Assembly: GCA_964610465.1 (NCBI GenBank)
Contig: CAZSWA010000003.1
Location: 6,245 to 70,244, forward strand
Length of the DNA stretch: 64,000 nt
From: an uncultured Gammaproteobacteria bacterium
GTDB lineage: Bacteria; Patescibacteriota; Microgenomatia; Levybacterales; UBA12049
Reading direction: 5' to 3'
Positions 10,376 to 19,904 of this stretch are shown in pieces (position 1 is the first letter of the stretch; every line of letters starts with the position of its first letter). The notes below the pieces were generated by a model that had not been told where the DNA came from, did not search any database, and saw nothing but the letters and a program-made list of their open reading frames with translations. A program made the translations under genes and the position numbers.

Positions 10376-10442
10376 TGTCATACAGAGGCTAAAAGCCGAA
10401 GGATCTCATCTGAAAAGATTCTTCGCTGTGCTCAGAATGACA
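10376..10442. repeat. REP-like imperfect palindrome between convergent genes
   Basis: TGTCATACAGAG...CGAAGGATCT / AGATTCTTCGCTGTGCTCAGAATGACA inverted arms. Confidence 0.7.
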
Positions 10443-10455
10443 AGCTATAATCCAG

Positions 10456-10740
10456 CTATTCTACTGGCTCATCGTACTCCGTATTTTGTAAATCCTCAGC
10501 TCCGGGAATATCTCCTTCAACTGCATTTTCAGGAACGTCTTCACTTTGTCGCATATTGGCTTTTATATAGTCAAACAACTCTTCATCAGTAAGCAATAAA
10601 TCTCCTTGTGTATGCCATTCTTTGTAATGATCTTTCACCAGATGAAACAGAATATTAAATGAATCATATGGTGCATCAGGCTCGTTGTTGTAAACTACAA
10701 TATCTTTTCCGCACTTTGGACAAGAAACACGATAATACAT
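10456..10740 (-). CDS. Small acidic C2H2-like zinc-binding protein
   Basis: CPKC...HYKEWH; TATAAT just upstream. Confidence 0.6.
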   Translation of the reverse strand: MYYRVSCPKCGKDIVVYNNEPDAPYDSFNILFHLVKDHYKEWHTQGDLLLTDEELFDYIKANMRQSEDVPENAVEGDIPGAEDLQNTEYDEPVE

Positions 10741-10967
10741 ACTTTAGATTATTATACACCATGTCAAGTACCCCTTTTGTTATTACGCTAAAATCAGAAT
10801 ATATCCTATAGCTTTGACATGCGCTGTGTATTTTGCTATACTCGCCTCGTTTGCACATTGATATAATTTCCACAGGTGGATACGAGATTTAAGGTTTTAA
10901 TAAGTCTTAAGTCTTGTGTCCATCAAAGTGGTGGATACAGAATGGAACATCGCTCAGGAGGACAGCT

Positions 10968-11294
10968 ATGATTGACACAACGGTACTATTTGCAATGCTA
11001 CTAGCAGCGATAGGAATCATCATCCTTATCGCTCTACCGTACCTGATAATCCTAGTAAGAACGCCTGTTGTTACACCAGAAGAACTGGAACAGGCCTGTC
11101 GTAATATGAGAGCAAACGAAGAGAAAACGTTTCGTATAAGAAAACCATACTCTTATAACAATGTACAGTATGTAAACAATGTACCTATCCGGCTTGCAGC
11201 TCAAGGAGGTCATTTCGTCTTTCATTTCTCCAAACCCTGGGTAACAGTCTATTGCAGTCAACCCGTCCATACAAGAACGGATTCTCCTGCATAA
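10968..11294 (+). CDS. Hypothetical membrane-anchored protein
   Basis: ORF 10914..11294; start moved to ATG after AGGAGG; N-terminal TM. Confidence 0.6.
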   Translation: MIDTTVLFAMLLAAIGIIILIALPYLIILVRTPVVTPEELEQACRNMRANEEKTFRIRKPYSYNNVQYVNNVPIRLAAQGGHFVFHFSKPWVTVYCSQPVHTRTDSPA

Positions 11295-11333
11295 AGCGCA
11301 GGAAGAAATCGAATGGATGCTGATGTAAACAGA

Positions 11334-11372
11334 GGTCCCGCCCTTTTTCTGGGCGGGACCATTTTCTTTTTT
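11334..11372 (+). terminator. Intrinsic terminator
   Basis: Perfect 10-bp stem GGTCCCGCCC/GGGCGGGACC followed by a T-rich run. Confidence 0.85.
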
Positions 11373-11432
11373 TTATTTTTGAAACTAGATATTTGAATTT
11401 ACAATCCTCTCTATTTACGCTATTATTTCAGT

Positions 11433-11834
11433 ATGAATCATATTACAAACTCGAGAAAAACATTTACAAAAACCAAAGACTTTCAGTACTACAAAGGAAC
11501 CATCTGGACTAATCATGCGCTTGAAAGGCTTGAAGAACGTGGATTTACACAAGAGATGGCATATCAGGCCTTTAACAAACCAGATAAAGCAATTCCAGGG
11601 AAAGAGTCGGGAACTACAGAATTTCGAAAACGTTTTGAGAATTCGATTGTTACTGTCATTGCAACCAAAAATGAACACAATGAATGGATAGTTATCTCCT
11701 GCTGGATTGACCCGCCTCTTGAAGGTACAAAAGATGCCGCCAAAAAAGAAGCATATGAAAAGTATCATAAAGCCTCAACTCTTGGGAAACTTTGGATAAT
11801 TTTCTTAAGACAAATCGGATTGGCAAAGTATTAA
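11433..11834 (+). CDS. DUF4258-like protein (toxin-like fold possible)
   Basis: WTNHALERLEERG motif; C-terminal beta strands ending VISCW. Confidence 0.65.
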   Translation: MNHITNSRKTFTKTKDFQYYKGTIWTNHALERLEERGFTQEMAYQAFNKPDKAIPGKESGTTEFRKRFENSIVTVIATKNEHNEWIVISCWIDPPLEGTKDAAKKEAYEKYHKASTLGKLWIIFLRQIGLAKY

Positions 11835-11879
11835 AAATTGTCATTTCTAGGAGCAATATTTGTTTTTTCGCTGTTACTT

Positions 11880-12365
11880 TTATTCCACCTTAATTTGAGT
11901 AATTGTATACACAATTTCTCCTGAGGGTGCTTTGACTATTGCTTTATCTCCTACTTTTTTCCCCATCAATGCTTTCCCAAGAGGAGAATTTTGGGATATT
12001 TTCCCGCTACTTGGATCTGCTTCAAAATCTCCAACTATCGTATATGCAACTCTTTTTTCTTTGAAAGTAAGAGTTACTTGAGTTCCCAAAATAACTGTAT
12101 CAGTTGAATTCGCCTCAATAATTTTTGCGTATTTTATAAAATGTGATAAACGTGCAAGATTGCTATCAATTGAAGATAATTTTGCACGGGATGCTTTATA
12201 ATAACCGTTTTCTCGTAGATCTCCCATTTCACGCGAAATCTTTACATGGTAGACTGCGTCTTTCCTGTCTTCCAATAGTTTTTGATATTCTGTTTTGATT
12301 TTTTCATATCCTTCTTTGGTAAAAGGGATAGGATGTATTTTCCTGATAGGACTTGTCCTTCTCAT
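11880..12365 (-). CDS. greA: Transcription elongation factor GreA
   Basis: GDLRENGYY, EADPSSGKISQNSPLGKALMGKKVGD. Confidence 0.92.
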   Translation of the reverse strand: MRRTSPIRKIHPIPFTKEGYEKIKTEYQKLLEDRKDAVYHVKISREMGDLRENGYYKASRAKLSSIDSNLARLSHFIKYAKIIEANSTDTVILGTQVTLTFKEKRVAYTIVGDFEADPSSGKISQNSPLGKALMGKKVGDKAIVKAPSGEIVYTITQIKVE

Positions 12366-12438
12366 ACTGACTCATTGTAACACATCGTAGATATAGATAA
12401 GTCAGCTAAAATACGCTATGATAACAATATAATTTACT

Positions 12439-12963
12439 ATGCGAAAGATACTTATTGCAGGTATTATCTCTTTATTATTTATAAGTGTAACTAATATCAG
12501 CTATGCTGACTCCCCTTATGTGCTGCCCTATCCTTCTACTATGCCTGGAAGTTTTCTGTACAAATTACATGTACTATCAGAACAACTCTTAAAGTATTGG
12601 TATTTCGGAAACTTCGGACAGTTTACCTACAATCTAAAGTTATCAGACAAATATCTGGTGGAAGCAAAAACACTATTTGAATACAAGCAATATCTTCTGG
12701 CTGATAGAGCACTTAAAAAATCAGATAGTTATTTTGTACAAACCATGCCCTATCTCACAAAGCTAAAAGATGAATGTGTTGATATTACTGACAAAAAAAA
12801 TACTTTGCATGATGCTGCTCAAAAACATATAGAAACTCTAGAAAAAGCAAGAGCTGATATTCCTGAATCGTTTGTATGGCGTCCTGAAAAAGCATCAGCG
12901 ACTTCACTTTATCTACAAACTGATATTACAAATGCAATTGCCATACGACAAAAATATTTATGA
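12439..12963 (+). CDS. Secreted helical protein (DUF5667-like)
   Basis: Signal peptide, then YVLPYPSTMPGSFLYKL. Confidence 0.5.
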   Translation: MRKILIAGIISLLFISVTNISYADSPYVLPYPSTMPGSFLYKLHVLSEQLLKYWYFGNFGQFTYNLKLSDKYLVEAKTLFEYKQYLLADRALKKSDSYFVQTMPYLTKLKDECVDITDKKNTLHDAAQKHIETLEKARADIPESFVWRPEKASATSLYLQTDITNAIAIRQKYL

Positions 12964-14099
12964 AAAATATAGTGACAATATTCTATAGTGTAACATTATT
13001 CTTGTTTACTGCATTTTCTTATATATTTATTGACCCGAATTTCTTTTATTTTCATACTCTTTACACAGGATTTTATGCATTGCAAAGAATTACAACAACT
13101 TTGTTTTATCTTTTCCTCATTTTAATTCTCTTTGGTATCTACTGGTTTTTCTTAAATTTGGCACGATACAAAAAACTCTCAATGACAGATATCAAAATCT
13201 TGCTCCTTATTACCGTACTCAATTTATTACTTTCTTATCCTGCGATGCTTTCCTTTGATATTTTCAATTACACAACAACAGCAAAAGTGCTGTATCACTA
13301 TCATGAAAACCCTTATATTATAATGCCAATAGAGTTTTCTAATGACCCTTTTCTCCATTATACTCGTGCTGCCAATAAAACAGCTTTGTATGGACCTATA
13401 TGGCTTATGGCAAGTGGTATCCCCTATATGGCAGGTTTTGAAAATTATTTGTTGATTCTTCTTAACTTTAAAGTAATTGCACTATTTTTTTACCTTGCAA
13501 CAATTTGGGTTATCTGGAAATTATCAAAGAGTGTTTTGGCTGTTACTTTTTTTGCATTCAATCCTCTTGTGATTATTGAATCATTGGTCAGTGGACATAA
13601 TGATGTAGTTATGATGTTTTTAGCATTATTTTCATTATATCTTTTATTGCAAAAACGGATAGTGTTATCAGCAGGAACTTTGCTCCTGTCGGTACTAATC
13701 AAATATTCAACCTTTTTTCTTTTACCTGTATATATTTTTGTTTACCTGCAAACGAAGAAACATAAGAAATTACATCATGAAAAAATCTATTTCTACTTAG
13801 CAATCCTTATGCTGGTGATATTTTTCTTGTCTCCTATCCGAGAAGAACTATATTCCTGGTATGCAATATGGTTTTTAAGTTTTATGAGTTTGATATATGG
13901 AAAAAATTTTCTCTCTTATCTTGCACTTGCGCTTTCTTTTGGACTTATGCTTGGATACATTCCATATATGTTGTTTGGTATTTATCTCCCTAAAACAACA
14001 CTTTTAAAGTACATCCTCATCTTTTTACCAGTATGCTATACGTTTATTTATTATTTCTTTCAAACCAAATTCCATTTGAGAAGTACTAAACTCATATAA
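12960..14099 (+). CDS. GT-C mannosyltransferase-like membrane protein (MptA/B, GT87-like)
   Basis: SFDIFNY, NPY, YGPIW, NPLVIIE...GHND, IK motifs; polytopic. Confidence 0.75.
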   Translation: MKNIVTIFYSVTLFLFTAFSYIFIDPNFFYFHTLYTGFYALQRITTTLFYLFLILILFGIYWFFLNLARYKKLSMTDIKILLLITVLNLLLSYPAMLSFDIFNYTTTAKVLYHYHENPYIIMPIEFSNDPFLHYTRAANKTALYGPIWLMASGIPYMAGFENYLLILLNFKVIALFFYLATIWVIWKLSKSVLAVTFFAFNPLVIIESLVSGHNDVVMMFLALFSLYLLLQKRIVLSAGTLLLSVLIKYSTFFLLPVYIFVYLQTKKHKKLHHEKIYFYLAILMLVIFFLSPIREELYSWYAIWFLSFMSLIYGKNFLSYLALALSFGLMLGYIPYMLFGIYLPKTTLLKYILIFLPVCYTFIYYFFQTKFHLRSTKLI

Positions 14100-14139
14100 G
14101 CATTGTACTTTTGTTTGATTGGTGTACAATAGTCGATAA

Positions 14140-15321
14140 GTGAAAATATTTAATTCTCAAATCGAAAAGAAAGAACTCCTTCATACTATCAACAAAAAAG
14201 AACTCCGTATGTATGTATGTGGTATTACTCCCTATGATACCACTCATTTAGGCCATGCATTTACCTATGTGACTTTTGATGTGTTGTCGCGCTATCTTAC
14301 CTATAAAGGTTATAAAGTTATTTATACACAAAATGTTACAGATATTGACGATGATATTCTCAAAAAAGCAAAAGAAGAAAAAAGAGATTGGAAAGAACTC
14401 GGAGATTTTTGGACAAAAAGATTTCTCAATGATATGCACTCATTTAATATCACTCCACCAACCTATTATGTCAAAGCAACTGACTCAATTCCTAAAATGC
14501 TTGAGATTATTCAAGTGCTCCTGCAAAAAGGCTTTGCGTATGAGAAAGAAAGCAATGTCTATTTTGATGTAACTAAATATCCTGAATATGGAAAGCTTTC
14601 GCATTTAACACCTGAAGAGATGATACCTATTTCAAGAGAACGTGGCGCCAATCCTGAAGACTCTCTTAAGAAAAACCCATTGGACTTTTTGCTTTGGCAA
14701 AAAACTAAAAAAGATGAACCATATTGGCAGAGCCCTTGGGGTAAAGGAAGACCAGGTTGGCACATTGAGTGCTCTTCCATGATTGCACAATACCTTGGCC
14801 CACAAATAGATGTGCATGGAGGTGGATTTGATCTCATTTACCCTCACCATGAAAGTGAAATTGCGCAGTCTGAAAATTACACTGGGAAAATACCTTTTGT
14901 AGGATATTGGATGCATGTTGCAATGCTTCGATATAAAGGTGAAAAAATGTCTAAATCACTTGGTAATCTTGTGATGGTCGATGTTCTTTTACAAAAATAT
15001 ACTGCCAGCGCAATTCGTTATCTTCTATTATCACATCACTATAGAGACACATGGGAATATTTTGAAGAAGAAATGGAAAAAGCCCAAAAAAATATTGAGT
15101 ATATTGGAAAAGCTTGCCAAATTAAAACGAAACAGACTTCATATGAAGTGAATAAAAAGTACAGTGAACGATTTGAATATTTTATGGAAGATGATTTAGA
15201 TACACCCGGAGCATTACGAGTTGTAATGCAACTTGCTAAAAAAGTGAATCAAACAAAAAACTATTCACTGCAAAAAACATTAAAACATCTATTACAGGTA
15301 TTAGGTTTTACTCATTTATAA
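14140..15321 (+). CDS. Cysteine ligase of the CysRS family, short MshC-like form
   Basis: YVCGITPYDTTHLGH, GRPGWHIEC, PHHE, KMSKS; 393 aa, ends soon after DDLDTPGAL. Confidence 0.85.
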   Translation: MKIFNSQIEKKELLHTINKKELRMYVCGITPYDTTHLGHAFTYVTFDVLSRYLTYKGYKVIYTQNVTDIDDDILKKAKEEKRDWKELGDFWTKRFLNDMHSFNITPPTYYVKATDSIPKMLEIIQVLLQKGFAYEKESNVYFDVTKYPEYGKLSHLTPEEMIPISRERGANPEDSLKKNPLDFLLWQKTKKDEPYWQSPWGKGRPGWHIECSSMIAQYLGPQIDVHGGGFDLIYPHHESEIAQSENYTGKIPFVGYWMHVAMLRYKGEKMSKSLGNLVMVDVLLQKYTASAIRYLLLSHHYRDTWEYFEEEMEKAQKNIEYIGKACQIKTKQTSYEVNKKYSERFEYFMEDDLDTPGALRVVMQLAKKVNQTKNYSLQKTLKHLLQVLGFTHL

Positions 15322-15324
15322 TTT

Positions 15325-15660
15325 CTATTCATTATATCTGTGGGATTCGTCAGGATATGATTCTTCATTCTCTGATTCAACAATTTTTTCTTCCAGTTTT
15401 TCAACTTGTTTATTAATTCGTACTTCAAATTTCCTTCTATCACTCTCATCTTCAATTCCGTTTATAATATCTTGGCACATTGGACAAAGTCGTTCTTTAT
15501 TTTCAGTGTAATAAATAATGCTTGCGTCTCTATTTCTTAATCCATCCAAAACACGCTCCAAATTATCAATTTGATTGGTTATTTCTGTTGGATCAGTTGG
15601 AATATATGATTCCCATATTCCATGTTCTGTTTTTCTTCCGCATAGCGGACACTCTTCCAT
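15325..15660 (-). CDS. Hypothetical acidic zinc-binding protein
   Basis: CPLC...CPMC; SD AGGAGGT. Confidence 0.6.
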   Translation of the reverse strand: MEECPLCGRKTEHGIWESYIPTDPTEITNQIDNLERVLDGLRNRDASIIYYTENKERLCPMCQDIINGIEDESDRRKFEVRINKQVEKLEEKIVESENEESYPDESHRYNE

Positions 15661-15781
15661 ATTGTTACCACCTCCTATTACAAATACCCTATTGAAAGCA
15701 GATAAGAAATAAAACTAAAAAAAGTAAGCATTCTGCAAGAAATAGCCTCAAAAACCTTTCAAAAAAATGGTATAATTTTAC

Positions 15782-16948
15782 GTGATGAGAACAAGAATGC
15801 TTGGCATTATTATAGTAATTAGTTTTTTCTTTCTCTTTTTACCCATTTCTCTATCATACGCGATTGTAAATCCCCTTAGTACCCCCAATAATAAAATTGG
15901 GATTCATATCCTTTTTGATACCGAACTTCTGGATGCAGCACGTCTTGTCAATGCCAATGGTGGCGATTGGGGATATATCACTATTCCTATTCAGGCAGGT
16001 GATAAAGATTTAGTAAAATGGCAAAACTTTATGGATATCGCACGAAAATATCATCTTATTCCTATTATTCGGCTCGCCACTGAAGGTGATTATTTCAATA
16101 CGAAAGTATGGCGTAAGCCAACACTTGCAGATGTAGTAGATTTTGCAAATTTCCTGAATTCTCTTCAGTGGCCAACTAAAAACAGATATGTCATTGTATT
16201 TAATGAAGTAAACCGTGCGGATGAATGGGGAGGAACTGTTAATCCTGCCGAATATGCTGATTTATTAAGCTATGCTGTCTCTGTTTTTAAATCTAAAAGC
16301 CCAAATTTTTTTATTATTAGTGCAGGACTTGATAATGCAGCACCAAATCAAGGTACTACTTTTATGGACCATTATGATTATATGACGCAAATGAATACAG
16401 CAATTCCTGGGATATTTAACCAGATTGATGGCTTAGCCAGCCATTCATATCCTAATCCTGCTTTCTCGCAACCTCCAGACATATCGAACCGGATGGGAAT
16501 AGGAAGTTTTGTTTATGAATATCAATTAGCAGATAGTCTTAGCAATAAAAAACTTCCTGTATTTATCACAGAAACCGGCTGGTCTTCTGATACTGTAACA
16601 GATGATACTATTTCGTCATATTATCAACAAACATTTGCAAATATTTGGTCTGACAGTAATATTGTAGCAATAACCCCGTTTCTACTTAAAGCAGGAGAAG
16701 GACCATTTAAACAATTTTCTTTTCTTAAGGAAGATGGAACTCCTTCAAAAATCTATTCTCTCTTCCAAAATATGCAAAAAATCAAAGGGCAACCAGTCCT
16801 TAGCCCTCAAGTACTTGTAGAAGGAATTGATACAAGCAAACAAAAAATACCAGTAAAAGACTTTACCAATAGTAATCTGAATAGACATCTCAAATTTAGC
16901 CCTTCTGAAATTTTAAAGTCAGTATTTGAATGGATATTAAAGATTTAA
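15782..16948 (+). CDS. Secreted clan GH-A glycoside hydrolase
   Basis: Signal peptide; FNEVN (acid/base), HSYP, FITETGW (nucleophile). Confidence 0.75.
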   Translation: MMRTRMLGIIIVISFFFLFLPISLSYAIVNPLSTPNNKIGIHILFDTELLDAARLVNANGGDWGYITIPIQAGDKDLVKWQNFMDIARKYHLIPIIRLATEGDYFNTKVWRKPTLADVVDFANFLNSLQWPTKNRYVIVFNEVNRADEWGGTVNPAEYADLLSYAVSVFKSKSPNFFIISAGLDNAAPNQGTTFMDHYDYMTQMNTAIPGIFNQIDGLASHSYPNPAFSQPPDISNRMGIGSFVYEYQLADSLSNKKLPVFITETGWSSDTVTDDTISSYYQQTFANIWSDSNIVAITPFLLKAGEGPFKQFSFLKEDGTPSKIYSLFQNMQKIKGQPVLSPQVLVEGIDTSKQKIPVKDFTNSNLNRHLKFSPSEILKSVFEWILKI

Positions 16949-16949
16949 T

Positions 16950-17330
16950 ATGGAATGGCATGAAGCATATGATGTAAAACAAGACATTGAACATATTCTC
17001 CAAGTACTCAATCTTACCTATATCGACCCTTCAAGAATCTTTTGTTATAGAACGCATGGTTCATCGGCAAGAGCATATGCTCGCACATGGGCTTTCCCCA
17101 AAATTTTTCAAAAAGCTCTCAATGTACGGCCTGCATATGTAATTGAAGTACTGGCAACTCATTATGACAAACAGTCAGATAATAAAAAAACGGAAATCCT
17201 GATTCACGAATTACTTCATATTCCCAAAAACTTTTCAGGAGTATTGCTTCCCCATCATACAAGAAGTAGAAATTTACATGCAGTAGCTAATAAATTATTT
17301 AAAGAATACCTAAAGGCAACCAAAAGATAA
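16950..17330 (+). CDS. Putative zinc metallopeptidase (phage-metallopeptidase-like)
   Basis: LIHELLHIP HExxH motif and downstream PH. Confidence 0.7.
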   Translation: MEWHEAYDVKQDIEHILQVLNLTYIDPSRIFCYRTHGSSARAYARTWAFPKIFQKALNVRPAYVIEVLATHYDKQSDNKKTEILIHELLHIPKNFSGVLLPHHTRSRNLHAVANKLFKEYLKATKR

Positions 17331-17357
17331 TTTCTATCTGCTACAATAGCTAACTAT

Positions 17358-18053
17358 ATGGTACTACTTATACATGGGGATGATATAACCGCATCACGCA
17401 ATTATTTTCTTGAGGAAAGACAAAAAGATACGAATAGTTTGACTCTAGAAGGTGAAAAACTCACAATAACTGATCTTGCACAAACCGTAGAGGGAGGAGA
17501 TTTATTCAGTACCAATAAAAAAAGTATTTATATTGAACAGTTATTAACGAAACGAAAGAAAAGTAAAGAACTTGAAGAAATTACAAATTTTATTCAAAAA
17601 TATTCAAAGGACAATGACTATGTATTATGGGAAGCAAAGGAGTTGGAACGAAGTCATCTTAATTATTTCAAAAACCCTGTAGTAAAAATTTTTAAATTGC
17701 CGCAAAGTCTTTTTCTGTTTCTCGATACAATAAAACCTGCAAATGGAAAACAGAATGTGCAACTTTTTCATAATTCCATAACTACTTCAGAACCCGAATT
17801 AGTTTTTTTTATGCTAGTTAAAAGGATAAGACTTCTTCTTGCCTTATCCTCAGAGAAAAAACCAGCTATTGATGAAGTAAAAAGACTTTCAGACTGGCAG
17901 CGAAGTAAATTACAGAAACAAGTTCAGTTTTTCGATAAAAATACACTTGTGAATTTGTATACTCGGCTTTTTGAACTTGAATACAAACAGAAAACTGGAA
18001 ATCTACCAGTACCATTATCAGATGCAATTGACTTTTTGCTTATTGCGATTTAA
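17358..18053 (+). CDS. holA: DNA polymerase III delta subunit (short form)
   Basis: LIHGDD N-terminus, DLFS, C-terminal ELEYKQKTG. Confidence 0.7.
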   Translation: MVLLIHGDDITASRNYFLEERQKDTNSLTLEGEKLTITDLAQTVEGGDLFSTNKKSIYIEQLLTKRKKSKELEEITNFIQKYSKDNDYVLWEAKELERSHLNYFKNPVVKIFKLPQSLFLFLDTIKPANGKQNVQLFHNSITTSEPELVFFMLVKRIRLLLALSSEKKPAIDEVKRLSDWQRSKLQKQVQFFDKNTLVNLYTRLFELEYKQKTGNLPVPLSDAIDFLLIAI

Positions 18054-18062
18054 GATAGTGAC

Positions 18063-19451
18063 ATGACAGACATAAATCCTAAGATATTTAAAGCCTATGA
18101 TATACGAGGCATCTATCCTCAAGACCTCAACGAAACAAATGTCAAAGAAATAACGAAAGCAATCTATGCTTTTTTTCTTAATAAATTAGGCACAAATAAT
18201 TTTACAGTTGTTTTAGCACGGGATATGCGTACTTCTTCTCCATCACTTCACAAAGAAGTTTTGGCTACCCTTATTGCGTGTGGAGCACATGTTGTAGATA
18301 TAGGAATAGTTTCAACTCCAACTTTTTATTTTGCGGTTTCTCATTATGGGTATGATACAGGTATTCAAATTACCGCATCACACAATCCTAAAGAATACAA
18401 TGGATTAAAATTTGTAGTCAAAGGGCCAACAGGTCTTATCAAAATTGGAAAGCCAACAGGTATGGAAGATGTGAAAACCCTGGCAGTAAAAGGTGTAACC
18501 ATTTCTTCTAAAAATCCGGGCAAAGTAACCAAAAAAGATACTCAAGCAATTCTTAAAGAAGAAGTCGATAACGCGCTTAAAATTGCAGGAAATCCAAAAA
18601 TCAGTAAATTCAAAATAGTCGCAGATCCTGCGAATGCAATGGGTAGTCAATATGTTGAAGCACTATTTCAAAAAGTTCCAACAGATTTAGTAAAAATGAA
18701 TTTTGAATTGGATGGAACTTTTCCAGCTCATCAGGCAGACCCACTACAAGCTGAAACGCTGGTAGATTTGCAAAAAAGAGTAGTAAAAGAACATGCTGAT
18801 TTAGGACTTGCTCCTGATGGTGATGGGGACAGGTTATTTTTTATTGACGAAAAAGGTCAAATAATTCCTCCTTCTATCATTACTGCATTAGTAGCACGTG
18901 AATTACTCAAGACACATCCTGGAGAACGAGTATTATTTGATATTCGTTATATTTTTACACCGCAAAAAATTGTTGAAGAAAATGGTGGAGCAACAGGTAT
19001 TACAAGAGTAGGTCATGCCTTCATCTCTGAAGAAATGAATAAAAATGGAGGAATCTTTGCAGGAGAATCTTCCTCTCATGCCTTTTTTAGAGAAACTGGG
19101 AATGCAGAATCTCAACTTCCAATGATTATCTTTGTACTTGCCGTTATGACACGGGAGAATAAAAAACTTTCAGAAATTGTTGAGGAATTAAGACGTTCTT
19201 ATGAATCAGGAGAAATTAATTTTAAAGTTACCAATGCACCGAATATCCTTGCAAAACTGAAAGAGAAATATAAAGACGGGAAGCTTAATGATATGGATGG
19301 AATCGCAATATCATATAAAACTTGGCGATTTAGTGTCCGTACATCAAATACTGAACCACTTTTGCGTCTCAATGTGGAAGCATATGACAAAGAAACTATG
19401 GAAAAGAAAAAAAATGAATTAGTGGCTTTCATCAATACTACAAAGAAATGA
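18063..19451 (+). CDS. Phosphomannomutase/phosphoglucomutase
   Basis: FKAYDIRG, TASHNP, DGDGDR, GESSSH, RTSNTEP. Confidence 0.95.
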   Translation: MTDINPKIFKAYDIRGIYPQDLNETNVKEITKAIYAFFLNKLGTNNFTVVLARDMRTSSPSLHKEVLATLIACGAHVVDIGIVSTPTFYFAVSHYGYDTGIQITASHNPKEYNGLKFVVKGPTGLIKIGKPTGMEDVKTLAVKGVTISSKNPGKVTKKDTQAILKEEVDNALKIAGNPKISKFKIVADPANAMGSQYVEALFQKVPTDLVKMNFELDGTFPAHQADPLQAETLVDLQKRVVKEHADLGLAPDGDGDRLFFIDEKGQIIPPSIITALVARELLKTHPGERVLFDIRYIFTPQKIVEENGGATGITRVGHAFISEEMNKNGGIFAGESSSHAFFRETGNAESQLPMIIFVLAVMTRENKKLSEIVEELRRSYESGEINFKVTNAPNILAKLKEKYKDGKLNDMDGIAISYKTWRFSVRTSNTEPLLRLNVEAYDKETMEKKKNELVAFINTTKK

Positions 19452-19903
19452 AAACTTTACCTAAATTTGATACATCAAAATTTACCATTACTCCTTATGT
19501 CAAACGGGTTGAAAAACCTTGGGGTTATGAGTTACATTGGGTACCGGAAGATGCTCCTTATATGGGTAAAGTCCTTCATATAAATGCAGGCAAAAGATTA
19601 TCTCTTCAAATTCATGACGCAAAATCTGAAAGCTGGTTTATGATGCATGGACGGGCAAAAGTATTGTGGGATAATGAGAAAGGAGAACTTATTGAAACAG
19701 AACTTCTCAACGGGCGAGGATATACAACACATGTAGGCCAACGTCATAGATTAATTGGAATTACAGATTGTGATATTCTTGAAGTATCAACTCCTGAAAA
19801 AGGCACCACATGGAGACTGGAAGATGACTATAAGAGACCTGATGAGACTGAGGAACTAAGAAAACAGCCCAATCGCGGTTGGGACAACGCTTCAAAAAAA
19901 TAA
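19448..19903 (+). CDS. Cupin, type II mannose-6-phosphate isomerase-like domain
   Basis: EKPWG, RLSLQIH, HRL, EVST, RLEDDY. Confidence 0.82.
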   Translation: MKTLPKFDTSKFTITPYVKRVEKPWGYELHWVPEDAPYMGKVLHINAGKRLSLQIHDAKSESWFMMHGRAKVLWDNEKGELIETELLNGRGYTTHVGQRHRLIGITDCDILEVSTPEKGTTWRLEDDYKRPDETEELRKQPNRGWDNASKK

Positions 19904-19904
19904 C

